Below are positions 1 through 10,045 of a stretch of DNA of 64,000 nt, piece by piece. Each line of letters starts with the position of its first letter. Position 1 is the stretch's first letter. A model generated the notes under the pieces. That model was not told the origin of the DNA. It did not search any database and saw nothing but the letters and a program-made list of their open reading frames with translations. The position numbers were made by a program, and so were the translations under genes. The stretch comes from a virus, in the IMG/VR virus record IMGVR_UViG_3300048592_000443, positions 5,947-69,946 of that record; one strand, 5' to 3'.

Positions 1-2
1 AA

Positions 3-356
3 ATGGCATCATACCTGTTTGAACTGCCTGAACTGCTGTCCTATCTGGTGCAGGTGATCGCCGCCGCCGCCTATGCGTGGTTTCTTGAGAAGGTCGTCAC
101 GCGCGAGCGGTACGAGCGGGATAAAACCTATCTCACGGTCATCTGGGGCGTGTTCCAGACTGGGCTGATCGTCGCCGGCCGGCTTGTGCTCTTCCCACTG
201 CCGCCGCTCTCGAATGCCCCTCAGGCTGTCTGGTGGACATGGTGGTATTTCGTGCTGTCATTTGCCGCGTCTGGCCTGCCTATCGTTTACTGGCAGGTGA
301 TGTTGCAGTCTGGCCGGCAGCGCGAGATTATCGAGTACCTGAAGGGCGGCGCGTGA
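3..356 (+). CDS. Hypothetical membrane protein (about 3 TM segments)
   Basis: Hydrophobic stretches; TGA overlaps next ATG (TGATG). Confidence 0.6.
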   Translation: MASYLFELPELLSYLVQVIAAAAYAWFLEKVVTRERYERDKTYLTVIWGVFQTGLIVAGRLVLFPLPPLSNAPQAVWWTWWYFVLSFAASGLPIVYWQVMLQSGRQREIIEYLKGGA

Positions 357-652
357 TGGGCTCGCCGAATACAAAGCCGATGCTCGCGCAGCGCTGGCCT
401 CGCAACGCGGAAAAGCAGCGCCAGAATATCTATCACTCGGCGGAGGCAGGGCGCGAGTTACTTGACGAGAGCCGCGCCGAACTGGAGCGGGCCATTACCA
501 AGGTTGTGACCAATCCCGGACTTGCAGAACTGATGATCCGCAAGGCGATTACGAACCTTGCAGACATTCAGACTGTGCTGGGGGATATTCAGAAGGAAGC
601 CATGGCGGCCCGCATCGGGGTTGAGCCGCCGCAAGAGGAGACAGGCGAATGA
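356..652 (+). CDS. Hypothetical helical protein
   Basis: ATG 356 coupled to upstream stop; ATGA overlap with next gene. Confidence 0.6.
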   Translation: MGSPNTKPMLAQRWPRNAEKQRQNIYHSAEAGRELLDESRAELERAITKVVTNPGLAELMIRKAITNLADIQTVLGDIQKEAMAARIGVEPPQEETGE

Positions 653-1611
653 CAGGCATGATCAAGTACGAGGCGTCACAGGGCGGCGAACTCGACGTGA
701 TGACCCTGGGGCGCGTGCTGGCCGATAGCGGCTATTTCAGCGATGCCAAAGACGCCGCGCAGGCTATCGTGAAGGTGTTGGCTGGCAGAGAGATGGGAAT
801 CGGCTCAATTGCCGCGATGACGGGTATCTATCTGGTCAAGGGGCGCGTGACCCTGAGCGCGAATCTGATGGCGGCGCAGATCAAGCGCAGCGGCAAGTAC
901 AACTATCGTGTTGCCCGGCTCGATGACACCGGCTGTGAGCTGGTGTTTTTTGAGGGCAATCAGGAGATTGGGCGCAGTAGTTTCACCGCCGACGATGCCA
1001 AGGCCGCCGGCCTGCTGAACTCCTCAGATCCCTGGCGCAAGACGCCGCGCAATATGTACTTTGCTCGCGCAATCAGCAACGGCGCGAAGTGGTACACCCC
1101 TGACGTGTTCTCTGGCCCTGTCTACACCCCTGACGAGATGGACGGCGCGCCTATCGACGTGACGCCACAGGCGCCCGCTCGCCCGCCGCGCCCGGCCCAC
1201 AATGCAGACGGCGAGGTGATTGACGCAGAGCCCGAGGCCGATCCTTACGTCGTCTCTGGTCCTATCTATGGCGATCCGGTAGCGAAGTTCAACGGCGCGG
1301 GCGATCTGTACGTCAACCTGACCGTTGCCGGCGCTGAGTACATCATCAGGAAAGCCGCCGCCGAGTTGCAGTATCTTGAGGCGGGCGATCTGGTGATGCT
1401 CCGCTGGCACGAAGAGACGAACAGCAAGAAGAAAGACGCAGACGGCAACCCGCTGCGACTTCGCATCGTTGACGAGATTAGCGGCCCCAGGAATGCCGAT
1501 GGTGATACGGCATGGCAGGAGCGGGCCGCAGAGGCAGAGGCGACGAACACCGACGAGCCTGAGCCCGCCGCCGCCGGTATGCCTGAGGGCGATCTGCCCG
1601 CTCACCTGTAA
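649..1611 (+). CDS. RecT/Redbeta-like single-strand annealing protein
   Basis: Motif W-RK-TP-RNM-YFARAIS...PDVFSG-PVY-PDE typical of phage SSAPs; acidic C-tail; followed by Gam-like gene. Confidence 0.7.
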   Translation: MTGMIKYEASQGGELDVMTLGRVLADSGYFSDAKDAAQAIVKVLAGREMGIGSIAAMTGIYLVKGRVTLSANLMAAQIKRSGKYNYRVARLDDTGCELVFFEGNQEIGRSSFTADDAKAAGLLNSSDPWRKTPRNMYFARAISNGAKWYTPDVFSGPVYTPDEMDGAPIDVTPQAPARPPRPAHNADGEVIDAEPEADPYVVSGPIYGDPVAKFNGAGDLYVNLTVAGAEYIIRKAAAELQYLEAGDLVMLRWHEETNSKKKDADGNPLRLRIVDEISGPRNADGDTAWQERAAEAEATNTDEPEPAAAGMPEGDLPAHL

Positions 1612-1617
1612 CCGATT

Positions 1618-1633
1618 GTGCGACCCGTCGCAC
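1618..1633. promoter_or_regulatory. 16-bp palindromic operator GTGCGAC-NN-GTCGCAC (perfect)
   Basis: GTGCGACCCGTCGCAC, intergenic, followed by a GC hairpin at 1634-1654. Confidence 0.75.
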
Positions 1634-1673
1634 GGGGCGGCATTGTGCCGCCCCTGACGTATCGAGGTATGCC

Positions 1674-2132
1674 ATGACAGCCGAGACAGAGCGCGCCCCG
1701 TTTGTGATTGACGACGCGGATAAGGCCTCGTGGGCGATTGACAAGATCCTGATTGCTCGCGAGCGGGTGGAACGGGTCAAGCGCCAGTTTCAGGCGGCAC
1801 TTGACCAGGCTGAACTAGAGGTCAGGGACGCAGATGCGTTCTTTCTGCCGCTCCTGGAAGCGTGGTACGACGCCAACCCACCACGTAAGGGTAAGACGAT
1901 CAAACTGCCGCACGGCAATCTGAGCAAGCGCACCGTGCCAGGCGGCCCGCGCGTGGTTGACCCTGACGCCGTTCTCGCGTGGGCCAAAGAGCACGGCATT
2001 CCTGGCCTGATCAGGGTGACAGAGAGTGTGAGCAAGACGGCTGTTGCTGAGTACGTCAAGGCCACGGGCGATATGCCGGCCGGCGTTGAGGTTGTCGAGA
2101 GCCGAGAGGCGTTTGACGTGAGGGTGTCATGA
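1674..2132 (+). CDS. Mu Gam-like host-nuclease inhibitor
   Basis: Coiled coil then KTIKLPHGNLSKR and PAGVEV motifs; next to SSAP. Confidence 0.7.
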   Translation: MTAETERAPFVIDDADKASWAIDKILIARERVERVKRQFQAALDQAELEVRDADAFFLPLLEAWYDANPPRKGKTIKLPHGNLSKRTVPGGPRVVDPDAVLAWAKEHGIPGLIRVTESVSKTAVAEYVKATGDMPAGVEVVESREAFDVRVS

Positions 2133-2518
2133 GGTATCAGCGGTCAACATTGACCATCGCAGTGTACTATAGACGCCACATTGACGCGCAACCCATCACG
2201 GTCAGGTCATTACAGGTTGGCGATTGGCACGCGCATCTGTATAACGGGGAAGATACAGAACTGGGCGAGGGCGTGACGGTTGCGCACAAGAGCGGCATTG
2301 CTACGACCTGGCAGGGGCTTAGGCCCGCAACTGCCGTGCGTCTTTTGCGCGCCTATCAGGCGTTGCCGCCCTGCCCTGTTTCGGATGATGAGTTATCCGA
2401 GCGCATCAGGACAGGGAAAACCAAGGAAGTACCAGCACTGGTTAACTGGCTCAATCAGGCGATGCGTATTACCATGGATGTGACCAACCCGCAGAGGCAT
2501 ATCATCATCAGGGGCTAA
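2129..2518 (+). CDS. Hypothetical protein
   Basis: ATGA overlap, fills operon. Confidence 0.55.
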   Translation: MRYQRSTLTIAVYYRRHIDAQPITVRSLQVGDWHAHLYNGEDTELGEGVTVAHKSGIATTWQGLRPATAVRLLRAYQALPPCPVSDDELSERIRTGKTKEVPALVNWLNQAMRITMDVTNPQRHIIIRG

Positions 2519-2522
2519 CGTC

Positions 2523-3602
2523 ATGGCCGATCTGCTCACAGCCCTCTGCGACCGCTTACAGACCTCGCTTGACCGGCAGGGGCGGGCGTATGCCGACTGT
2601 CCCATGTGCGGCGCATCTGGCTTCACCAAGGGCAACAGGCCGGCGTATCATTTCTACCTATACGACATTCACGGGAAACGCGGCGCCTGTTGCTGGTCTT
2701 GCGGCTGGGGCACAAAGGGTTACAAACCAGAGCAGGGCTATAACGGCCCGCCCCCTGGCACACTTGCCGCCCTCGGCTTCATTCTCGACGTACAAGGCGC
2801 TGAGAGCCATTCTGCGGCGCCGCGCGAACTTCCACCTGCCCCGATAGCCCCATGGGCCTCAGACGACGCTCTGAGCCGCTACAGGCGGGCTATGGACGCT
2901 CGCTGGACTAGGGTTGTCAATATGTGGCAGATGTACAAGCCGCTGAGTGAGCAGACCATCAGGGATAACAATCTGGGCGTGGGCAAACTGCCCCTGTATG
3001 ACGAGGCCGGCGACAGGTGGTATGAGAGCCGCTATCCTCGGTTGCTTTACCCGCTTGTCGAGGGCGGGCGGATTGTGGGCATAGCCGGCCGCGCGTTTCT
3101 CCCTGGCGACACCGGGCCAAAGTGGCTCACCGGCTCAACCAGCACGCTCATTCTGCACGGGCTCGAAACTATCAGCCCCGGCGATACGGTTATCTGGGTT
3201 GAAAACCGCGTTGACCGGCTGCTCGTGCTGGAAGAGCGCTCAGACGTGCGCTGCCTCGCATCAGGCGGCTTGACCTGGCGCCCCGAGTGGCTTGACGCCA
3301 TTGCGGCGCGGCGTCCTCGCCATGTGCTGATGATGCTTGACAACGATCTGGCAGGTTGCCCCAATTATCAGACATACGTGCGCGGCAAAGCGGCGTGGCT
3401 CGCGCGTATGCGGGCGCAGGTGAAAGCCGGCAAGATTAAGCAGATCCCGCCGTTCCAGGAGCCAAGAGGGCCGGTTATCGCCAATGCCCTGCTAGAGCGC
3501 GGCGTCAAGGCCAGTGTGTACAAGTGGGCGAACGGCACGCCAGAGCATCAGGATATTGGCAGCGTCATTGTTCAGGATCGTCAGCAGCGGCGTGCTGCTT
3601 AG
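2523..3602 (+). CDS. DNA primase (Zn-finger + TOPRIM)
   Basis: CPMC...CCWSC zinc ribbon; RLLYP...GRIVGIAGR...PKW; VIWVEN..D and MLDND TOPRIM motifs. Confidence 0.8.
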   Translation: MADLLTALCDRLQTSLDRQGRAYADCPMCGASGFTKGNRPAYHFYLYDIHGKRGACCWSCGWGTKGYKPEQGYNGPPPGTLAALGFILDVQGAESHSAAPRELPPAPIAPWASDDALSRYRRAMDARWTRVVNMWQMYKPLSEQTIRDNNLGVGKLPLYDEAGDRWYESRYPRLLYPLVEGGRIVGIAGRAFLPGDTGPKWLTGSTSTLILHGLETISPGDTVIWVENRVDRLLVLEERSDVRCLASGGLTWRPEWLDAIAARRPRHVLMMLDNDLAGCPNYQTYVRGKAAWLARMRAQVKAGKIKQIPPFQEPRGPVIANALLERGVKASVYKWANGTPEHQDIGSVIVQDRQQRRAA

Positions 3603-3617
3603 TGCGACAGGTCACAC
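3602..3617. promoter_or_regulatory. Operator copy (1 mismatch)
   Basis: GTGCGACAGGTCACAC overlapping the primase TAG, just before the next ATG. Confidence 0.65.
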
Positions 3618-3619
3618 AG

Positions 3620-4477
3620 ATGGGCAATCTTCCCGAGCGACTAGAGCAAAGCCGCGCGATCTGGCAACAGGCAACCAGTCAGTATCCGCAACCATACGCC
3701 GTTGTGATGATGGTTAGCGGCGGCACTGACAGCATTACTGCTGAAGCCGTCGCGCGCTATCTGCACATTCCTGTTACGCACATTATGCACGGCATTACGC
3801 GCACCGGCATTCCAGAGACAACGCAGTTTGTGCGCGACCTCGCCGCGACCCGAGAGCCCCGCTATATCGAGGCTGACGCAGGCAGCGCTTATGAGCAGTA
3901 TGTGCTACGCAAGGGCTTTTTTGGCAGGGGCGAAACGGCGCACAACTATGCCTATCACGTCCTGAAAAGTGAGCATTTTCGCAGGGCGATCAGTCAGTAT
4001 ATCAGGCAAAGACAGCGCGGGCGCACAGTGATGCTATTGAATGGCGCTCGCAAGCAGGAGAGTGCGGCGCGCGGGCGCAAAATCCCTGACGCTATCCGCA
4101 AAGAGCCGAAGAGTAATAATGTTTGGGTCAGCATTATTCACGATTGGACGGCCGATGATCGACTTGATATGCTTGACCTGATGGGAGTTGAGCGCAATCC
4201 TGTTACCGTAAAACTCTGCCGATCTGGCGAGTGTATGTGCGGTACGACACAAAACCAGCAGGCCAGGGAAGAGGCGGCATTCTGGTATCCCGATTGGGGA
4301 AAGTGGCTTGACGATCTAGAGCGCCGCGTAATGTGTCAGTATCCCTGGAAGTGGGGCGATGATATTCCGCGTTGGTTTTCACAGACACAAGCGGGGCAGA
4401 TGACCTTGCCGGGTGATGACTGGTTGCCCATGTGCCATACGTGCATCAATGCCGCCGATGATCTGAGGCCCGCGTGA
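3620..4477 (+). CDS. PAPS-reductase-family (PP-loop) protein
   Basis: SGGTDS PP-loop, G.RKQES..R, I.DW, SGECMCG cysteine motif. Confidence 0.8.
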   Translation: MGNLPERLEQSRAIWQQATSQYPQPYAVVMMVSGGTDSITAEAVARYLHIPVTHIMHGITRTGIPETTQFVRDLAATREPRYIEADAGSAYEQYVLRKGFFGRGETAHNYAYHVLKSEHFRRAISQYIRQRQRGRTVMLLNGARKQESAARGRKIPDAIRKEPKSNNVWVSIIHDWTADDRLDMLDLMGVERNPVTVKLCRSGECMCGTTQNQQAREEAAFWYPDWGKWLDDLERRVMCQYPWKWGDDIPRWFSQTQAGQMTLPGDDWLPMCHTCINAADDLRPA

Positions 4478-6462
4478 CAGCCCTGCTTGACCGTGCGCTG
4501 GCTCAGATACACGAGCCGGCGCCGGAAGCCGTTACCACGCCATTACCAGAGGCGCCCAAAGAGCGCGGGCCAATCCGCAGAGGACTGAAAAAGGTTGCCA
4601 GGGTCTACTACACCGAGCCCGAACTAACCGTAGACGAGTTGCCAGCGATGATACACAAGCGCGTAGCAGAATACCTTGCCGAACCGGCGCCCGGCTATGC
4701 GCTCTTGCTTGCGCTGCCGGCCGGATCGGGTAAGACAACTGCGCTTGTGCAGACCGCAGAGCGGCACGCATCAGGCGGACAACGGGTTATCTACGCCGGC
4801 CCGCGTCATGATTTCTTCCTCGACATTCAGGCCATCGCGAGCAAGCCGCACTGGTGGTATGAGTGGCAACCGCGCCACGGGGGCGACGATACGCGAGAGG
4901 CAACTTGCCGCTGGGCGCCGCAGATGGAACGATGGCTCGCGCGCGGCTATCAGGCAATCGAGATGTGCCGCAATGCGAAGATCTGCGGCTGGAATGTCAT
5001 CAAAAACGAATGCCCCTACCACGCACAGCGGGCAATCACTCAGCCGATCATCTTTGCCCAGCATCAGCACGTTGCCATTAAACACCCGCTGATGGAGCAA
5101 GCCAGCCTCTTAATCGGTGACGAGCTGCCGCTTACAGCATTCTTGCATCACTGGACTATCCCGCCCGCATCAATCACGCTTGACGACGCTGATCCCGAGA
5201 TACACGCCCTGCTGTACAAACTACGCGAGTTAACGACCCTCGCCGCCCCTCGCAAAGGCGGCTGGTCAGGGCCGCAGCTCATGGCAGAGTTGGGCGGCGC
5301 CGGCTACGTTGCAGAGTTGTGCGAGCGCCATAGCTTGATGAACGAGCATGACCTGATCAGCCCGTCGCTGTCAAGCGCATTCGAGGTTGATACGGTCGAA
5401 TACGCGCATTTACCCTATCTGCTATCAATCCTGAAACAGGAGGCCAATGCGGGGTTGCGCGGCCTGCCTGAGTATGTACGCCGTATCAGGGTTAATCCCG
5501 AAGGCCTGCACCTGCTGATGCGGCGGCGCCCCGGCCAACTGCCCGCGCACATCGTCTGGTGCGACGCGACCGGCAACGCGGCGATGTATGAGAAGTTGCT
5601 CGGTATGCCTGTCGAGGTGGTACGCCCGCGCGTGAAGATGGCTGGCACGATCTATCAGGTGTGGACTTCGCTTAACAACAAGTACACCTTGAAGGGCCTG
5701 ACAGATCACACCGATGAACAGAAACAGGCCAGGGCGCGCAAGGCCGCAGACCTGAAAGCGCAGATTGACCATATCCTGAGCAAAGGCTATCAGCGCCCTG
5801 CGGTCATCTCGTACAAGAGCCTGCTTGACGAGTTGGCGCCAGACGTTGAGCAGCGCGGGCACTTTGGCGCAGAGCGCGGCACGAACCGCCTTGCCGAGTG
5901 CGACTGTCTCATCGTCGTTGGCACGCCAATGCCGCCGCAAGTAGACATACTCGCCGCCGCCGCGATGCTGTATGACGACAGAGATACGCCGTTCAATACC
6001 GATTGGACTGTCGAGGATCGGCAATTCGAGGGCACAGACCAGGCATATCCGATTGGCGGCTACTGGAGTGACCCGGCGCTGCAAGTGCTGGTTGACCAGT
6101 TCAGAGAAGCCGAATTGATGCAGGCTGTTCACAGGGCTCGCCCGTTGCGCCGGCCGGTTGACGTGTACCTGTTGACCAACGTAGCCGTGCCAGGGCTCCC
6201 GGTGACGCTCACGAGCCTCCACGGGCTGTTTGAAGCGCCTGAGGGCGTTGACCCGTATCGCTGGCCTGACGTGCGCCAGTGGGCGCGCGAGCGGCTAGAG
6301 CAGGTGGGCAGCGTCACCGCATCAGAGCTTGCCGAGCGGGCCGGCGTGCAATGGGCCGCCGGTAAGCGCTATCTCGAAGCCCTCGCAGCCCAGGACGGGT
6401 ATCAGGTGCGCAAGGTTGGGCAGAGCCGGGGCAGATCGGCGCTGTCGCTTGTAAAGGGATAA
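4474..6462 (+). CDS. SF2-type helicase-like replication/origin-binding protein with C-terminal HTH
   Basis: Walker A PAGSGKTT, IGDE, DATG, RGTN, QAVHRAR motif VI-like; Cys cluster; C-terminal HTH-like segment. Confidence 0.65.
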   Translation: MTALLDRALAQIHEPAPEAVTTPLPEAPKERGPIRRGLKKVARVYYTEPELTVDELPAMIHKRVAEYLAEPAPGYALLLALPAGSGKTTALVQTAERHASGGQRVIYAGPRHDFFLDIQAIASKPHWWYEWQPRHGGDDTREATCRWAPQMERWLARGYQAIEMCRNAKICGWNVIKNECPYHAQRAITQPIIFAQHQHVAIKHPLMEQASLLIGDELPLTAFLHHWTIPPASITLDDADPEIHALLYKLRELTTLAAPRKGGWSGPQLMAELGGAGYVAELCERHSLMNEHDLISPSLSSAFEVDTVEYAHLPYLLSILKQEANAGLRGLPEYVRRIRVNPEGLHLLMRRRPGQLPAHIVWCDATGNAAMYEKLLGMPVEVVRPRVKMAGTIYQVWTSLNNKYTLKGLTDHTDEQKQARARKAADLKAQIDHILSKGYQRPAVISYKSLLDELAPDVEQRGHFGAERGTNRLAECDCLIVVGTPMPPQVDILAAAAMLYDDRDTPFNTDWTVEDRQFEGTDQAYPIGGYWSDPALQVLVDQFREAELMQAVHRARPLRRPVDVYLLTNVAVPGLPVTLTSLHGLFEAPEGVDPYRWPDVRQWARERLEQVGSVTASELAERAGVQWAAGKRYLEALAAQDGYQVRKVGQSRGRSALSLVKG

Positions 6463-6546
6463 TCAGGATTTTAATTATCATCCCTCACCTATAAATAAAT
6501 ACTATAGATGAAGGATGATAATTAAAAACAGGGCAAACGCTTTACA
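6450..6546. repeat. AT-centred long palindromic element, copy 1 (candidate origin)
   Basis: TTTTAATTATCATCC...GGATGATAATTAAAA arms around an AT spacer; outer TGTAAAG/CTTTACA inverted repeats. Confidence 0.8.
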
Positions 6547-6640
6547 CTTAGACCAGTAACACCGCGTCCTGATGCCCGAACAGGCCGAAACGGGCGCAAC
6601 GTATCAGGAAGCGGTAGCGTTAGCGGATAGAAGAGGGGTT

Positions 6641-8365
6641 ATGCACCTGCGACCATACCAGCAAGAGGCGATTGTGGCTGTCAAGGCTGACTGGGCGGCC
6701 GGCATTCGAGAGACGTTGCTTGTAATGGCAACCGGCCTCGGCAAGACAAATACCTTTCTCGCGCTGCTGATGGCTGAGCTTGACGCCTGCCCTGATGCTC
6801 GCGCGCTTGTGCTGGCGCATCGCACTGAGTTGGTTGACCAGCCCCTTGACCGTCTGCGCTCGATTGACGAGGTATGGCTGATGGGCGGCGCGCTGAGTAT
6901 GCCCCGCGTCGGCGTTATTCAGGCACAGCGGCGCGACCTTGACCGGCAACTGACCTTTGCCACGGTTCAGAGCCTCAGGCCGCAGCGCGTGGCCGATCTG
7001 CTACGCTATGGCAAGATCACTCATCTGGTAGTAGACGAGGCGCATCACGCGACGGCGCCCACCTATCTGCAAGTGCGACAGGCGTTGCTTGATGCCAACC
7101 CTGACTTGTTTCATTTGGGCGTAACCGCTACGCCGATCCGGGCTGACGGCGATGGGTTAGCCAAGGTATACCAGAAAGATAGCGCCCGCGTCTCGATTGC
7201 AGACGGCGTGCGCTGGGGCTTTCTCACGCAGCCCCGATGGCTTGCCATCTCGACGGGCATCAGCATTGACGGCGTGCATACCCGCTCTGGGGATTACGTC
7301 GCCTCTGAACTTGCAGATCGCTTTGACACGCCACAGGGCCGGCAGATCATTGTACAGGCGTACCAGAAGTATGCGACGGGGCGCCGGGCCATCGCCTTTA
7401 CTGCCTCGGTACAGGGTGCTGTGGACCTTGCAGCGGCGTTTAGAGACGCGGGGGTGAGCGCCTATGCTGTGAGCGGCGAAACGCCCCGAGAAGAGCGCAC
7501 ACGGCTTCTGGGCGCGTTCAGGAAGGGCGAATACGCTATCCTGTGCAATTGCCAGGTCGCGGTTGAGGGCTTCGACGCGCCCGGCACAAGTTGCGTGCTG
7601 ATGTGTTGCCCAACCCGATCCGATGGGGCCTATATTCAAAAAATGGGGCGAGGGCTCAGGCCGGCGGCCGGGCGCGCAATGGAGGGCGAGGACTGCCTAA
7701 TCCTCGACTTCGTACCAGAGGGCTCGCGCAATATTGTGATGGCCGGTGACGTGCTCGGCATTCCCAAAGAGCAAGCCAAGGCCGCCCGCGAACTCTTGCA
7801 GGAAGAGGCAGAGCCGGGCGAGGTGCAGCTTGGCTTCACCTTCGACGGTCACAACTTCGATACGAGCGGCACGCCGCTGGAAATCATCGCGCGCCAACTC
7901 GATTACCTGAATGCAAGCCGCTGGCAATGGGACCGGCGCGACGGCTGGTTGACCCTTGGCCTTGGCCCTGGCGCTGACGGGGTTGACCGCACGCTGGCGA
8001 TTGCGCCAACCGACGAAGGGCATACCCTCTACGGCCTGCGTAGGGAGCCTGTAGGCGCCTCTGAGGACGGCAAGGCGCGTTATGGGCAGTGGAAGATAGC
8101 ATTCACCCGTAGCGGGGCTCTGGAGGCGTTGTGCGAGCTTGCAGAGCGACAGGCAGACCGCTACGCCGTGGCAGTGCTGGCGCAGAAAAATCGAACCTGG
8201 CACAAGCGCCCGGCAACCGAGGGGCAGATCAAATACCTGCGCCGCCTTGCTCCGAAGGGTGAGAAGTTGCCAGGCTTTCTGACAAGTGGTGACGCGGCGA
8301 GCCTGATTACACACTTCCAGGTCAAGCAGGCCGTTGCGCGCCTGTGCGACACGGCGCACGGATAG
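6641..8365 (+). CDS. DEAD/DEAH-box SF2 helicase (alternative start 6572)
   Basis: LRPYQ Q-motif, ATGLGKT, DEAHH, TATP, EGFD, QKMGRGLR. Confidence 0.88.
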   Translation: MHLRPYQQEAIVAVKADWAAGIRETLLVMATGLGKTNTFLALLMAELDACPDARALVLAHRTELVDQPLDRLRSIDEVWLMGGALSMPRVGVIQAQRRDLDRQLTFATVQSLRPQRVADLLRYGKITHLVVDEAHHATAPTYLQVRQALLDANPDLFHLGVTATPIRADGDGLAKVYQKDSARVSIADGVRWGFLTQPRWLAISTGISIDGVHTRSGDYVASELADRFDTPQGRQIIVQAYQKYATGRRAIAFTASVQGAVDLAAAFRDAGVSAYAVSGETPREERTRLLGAFRKGEYAILCNCQVAVEGFDAPGTSCVLMCCPTRSDGAYIQKMGRGLRPAAGRAMEGEDCLILDFVPEGSRNIVMAGDVLGIPKEQAKAARELLQEEAEPGEVQLGFTFDGHNFDTSGTPLEIIARQLDYLNASRWQWDRRDGWLTLGLGPGADGVDRTLAIAPTDEGHTLYGLRREPVGASEDGKARYGQWKIAFTRSGALEALCELAERQADRYAVAVLAQKNRTWHKRPATEGQIKYLRRLAPKGEKLPGFLTSGDAASLITHFQVKQAVARLCDTAHG

Positions 8366-8399
8366 GATCTGAATACAGGGGAATTGATAACCAATAGAT

Positions 8400-8415
8400 G
8401 TGCGACAGGTCGCAC
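8400..8415. promoter_or_regulatory. Operator copy (perfect) at the -35 position of an extended -10 promoter
   Basis: GTGCGACAGGTCGCAC; TGCTAATAT at 8422-8430; near-copy at 8344-8359. Confidence 0.75.
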
Positions 8416-8463
8416 GGGGCGTGCTAATATTGTGCCACATTCGCAAGTGACAAGGTTAACGAA

Positions 8464-8661
8464 ATGGGCAACGCGGCAGAGGTGAATTATTCGGTTCGAT
8501 TGACCGCAGATGAGCGTGAAGCGCTGCGCCGTCTTTCTGTCATTTACGAGCGCAGGCCCGGCGAAACGCTACGCGCCATCCTTCGCGCTGAGGCTCGCAA
8601 GCGGAATGTTTGGGTTGACGAGCCTCAGCATCTTTCATCTGAGCAGGAGCAAGCCAACTAA
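8464..8661 (+). CDS. Ribbon-helix-helix-like DNA-binding protein
   Basis: YSVRLT-ADEREALRRLS-...GETLRAILR beta-alpha-alpha pattern, 65 aa. Confidence 0.6.
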   Translation: MGNAAEVNYSVRLTADEREALRRLSVIYERRPGETLRAILRAEARKRNVWVDEPQHLSSEQEQAN

Positions 8662-9239
8662 TGCACACGGGCAACCACGCAGAGGACAAGGCCGCCGCCG
8701 CTGAATGGGCCTGGAAATGTTTACAGGAGCCTGAAACGGTAATTCTGGATTCAGAAACATCAGGATTGGGATCTGATGCCGAGATTATCCAGATCGCCAT
8801 TCTCGACATGCGCGGCACCGTGTTGCTTGACCGGCTCATCAGGCCGAATGGCAACATTCCTGCGGAGGCGTCGGCAATCCACGGCATCACGTTCAAGACG
8901 GTTGAGGATCAGCCGACATTCAAGGCGGTTGCACCTGACATCAGGAGTGCCCTGGAGGGCCGCCGCTGTCTCATCTATAATCGCAGTTACGATCACCGGC
9001 TCTTAAAGCAGAGCGCCATGCTTGATGGCCTTGACCCGTACGCGGCGCTTCCCTCGTCAACCAGGTTTGAATGCGTGATGCTTCCCTATTCGGCCTGGGT
9101 GGGCGAGTCCGGCAAATACCGAGGCGAATGGCGATGGCAACGCCTGCCGAGCGGCGATCATAGCGCTCTTGGCGATGTACTTGCCGTGCGCCGCTTGTTA
9201 TTCAAAATGGCCGGGCTCGAATGGTTGTGCGACAGATGA
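8661..9239 (+). CDS. 3'-5' exonuclease, DnaQ/DEDDh family
   Basis: DSETSG, IHGIT, YN..YD, HSALGD motifs. Confidence 0.9.
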   Translation: MHTGNHAEDKAAAAEWAWKCLQEPETVILDSETSGLGSDAEIIQIAILDMRGTVLLDRLIRPNGNIPAEASAIHGITFKTVEDQPTFKAVAPDIRSALEGRRCLIYNRSYDHRLLKQSAMLDGLDPYAALPSSTRFECVMLPYSAWVGESGKYRGEWRWQRLPSGDHSALGDVLAVRRLLFKMAGLEWLCDR

Positions 9240-10045
9240 CACAAGTAGACGCAATAACTTCCTGGTCAGATCGTTTCTGGGCCAATGTCCAGAAAAGCGA
9301 TGACGATTGCTGGCTATGGCAAGGTACGATTGATCATTACGGATACGGAACTTTATCTATTCGCGGCCACCCGTACAAAGCCCATCGCCTTTCTTATTTA
9401 CTTGCACATCGCACATTGCCGGGAGATAAGTTCGTGCTGCATAGTTGCGATGTGCGGCATTGCGTCAATCCCGCGCACTTGGAACTCGGCACGCATAACG
9501 ATAACTTAGAGCATATGCGTGTCAGGGAGCGGTTTACCAACCAATCGCTATACAAGCCTATTGCTGAGAGGCTAAGGACAGAGCGGCGCAATCGGCCTAA
9601 GCCCTCACGGGAGGAGCGTTTTTGGTCAAAGGTTGACAGGTCTGGTGATTGCTGGAATTGGATTGGTGGCAAAAACCGTGATGGATACGGATCATTCTAC
9701 TTTAACGGGCAAACAATTAACTCGTCTCGCGTTGCTTATATTTTGACTAGTGGCGAGATTGAGCCAGGATTAGTTGTTTGTCACTCGTGCGATAACCGCG
9801 CCTGTTGCAATCCTGATCACTTGTTCCTTGGCACTCAGGCTGAGAACATAGCCGATATGGAGCGCAAGGGCAGGAGGGGCGCCATAAAAGGCGAAAGCCA
9901 TCCCAGGGCGAAAATAACAGATGCTCAGGTTTCCGAGATGCGACAACTGTACGCATCGGGCGGTTATAGCCTCCGAGAACTGGGCCGAATGTTTGACGTG
10001 CATCATTCATATGTTGGCAAACTTGTCAACGGAAAGCATCGCTAG
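9236..10045 (+). CDS. Double-domain HNH (homing) endonuclease with C-terminal HTH
   Basis: Two RFW.KV...CW.W.G...GYG...HSCD...C.NP.HL..GT...N repeats; lower GC. Confidence 0.88.
   Translation: MTQVDAITSWSDRFWANVQKSDDDCWLWQGTIDHYGYGTLSIRGHPYKAHRLSYLLAHRTLPGDKFVLHSCDVRHCVNPAHLELGTHNDNLEHMRVRERFTNQSLYKPIAERLRTERRNRPKPSREERFWSKVDRSGDCWNWIGGKNRDGYGSFYFNGQTINSSRVAYILTSGEIEPGLVVCHSCDNRACCNPDHLFLGTQAENIADMERKGRRGAIKGESHPRAKITDAQVSEMRQLYASGGYSLRELGRMFDVHHSYVGKLVNGKHR

Noticed and set aside
6450-6546. Palindromes as protelomerase (telRL) sites
   Set aside because: No protelomerase gene seen; four imperfect copies rather than one perfect palindrome
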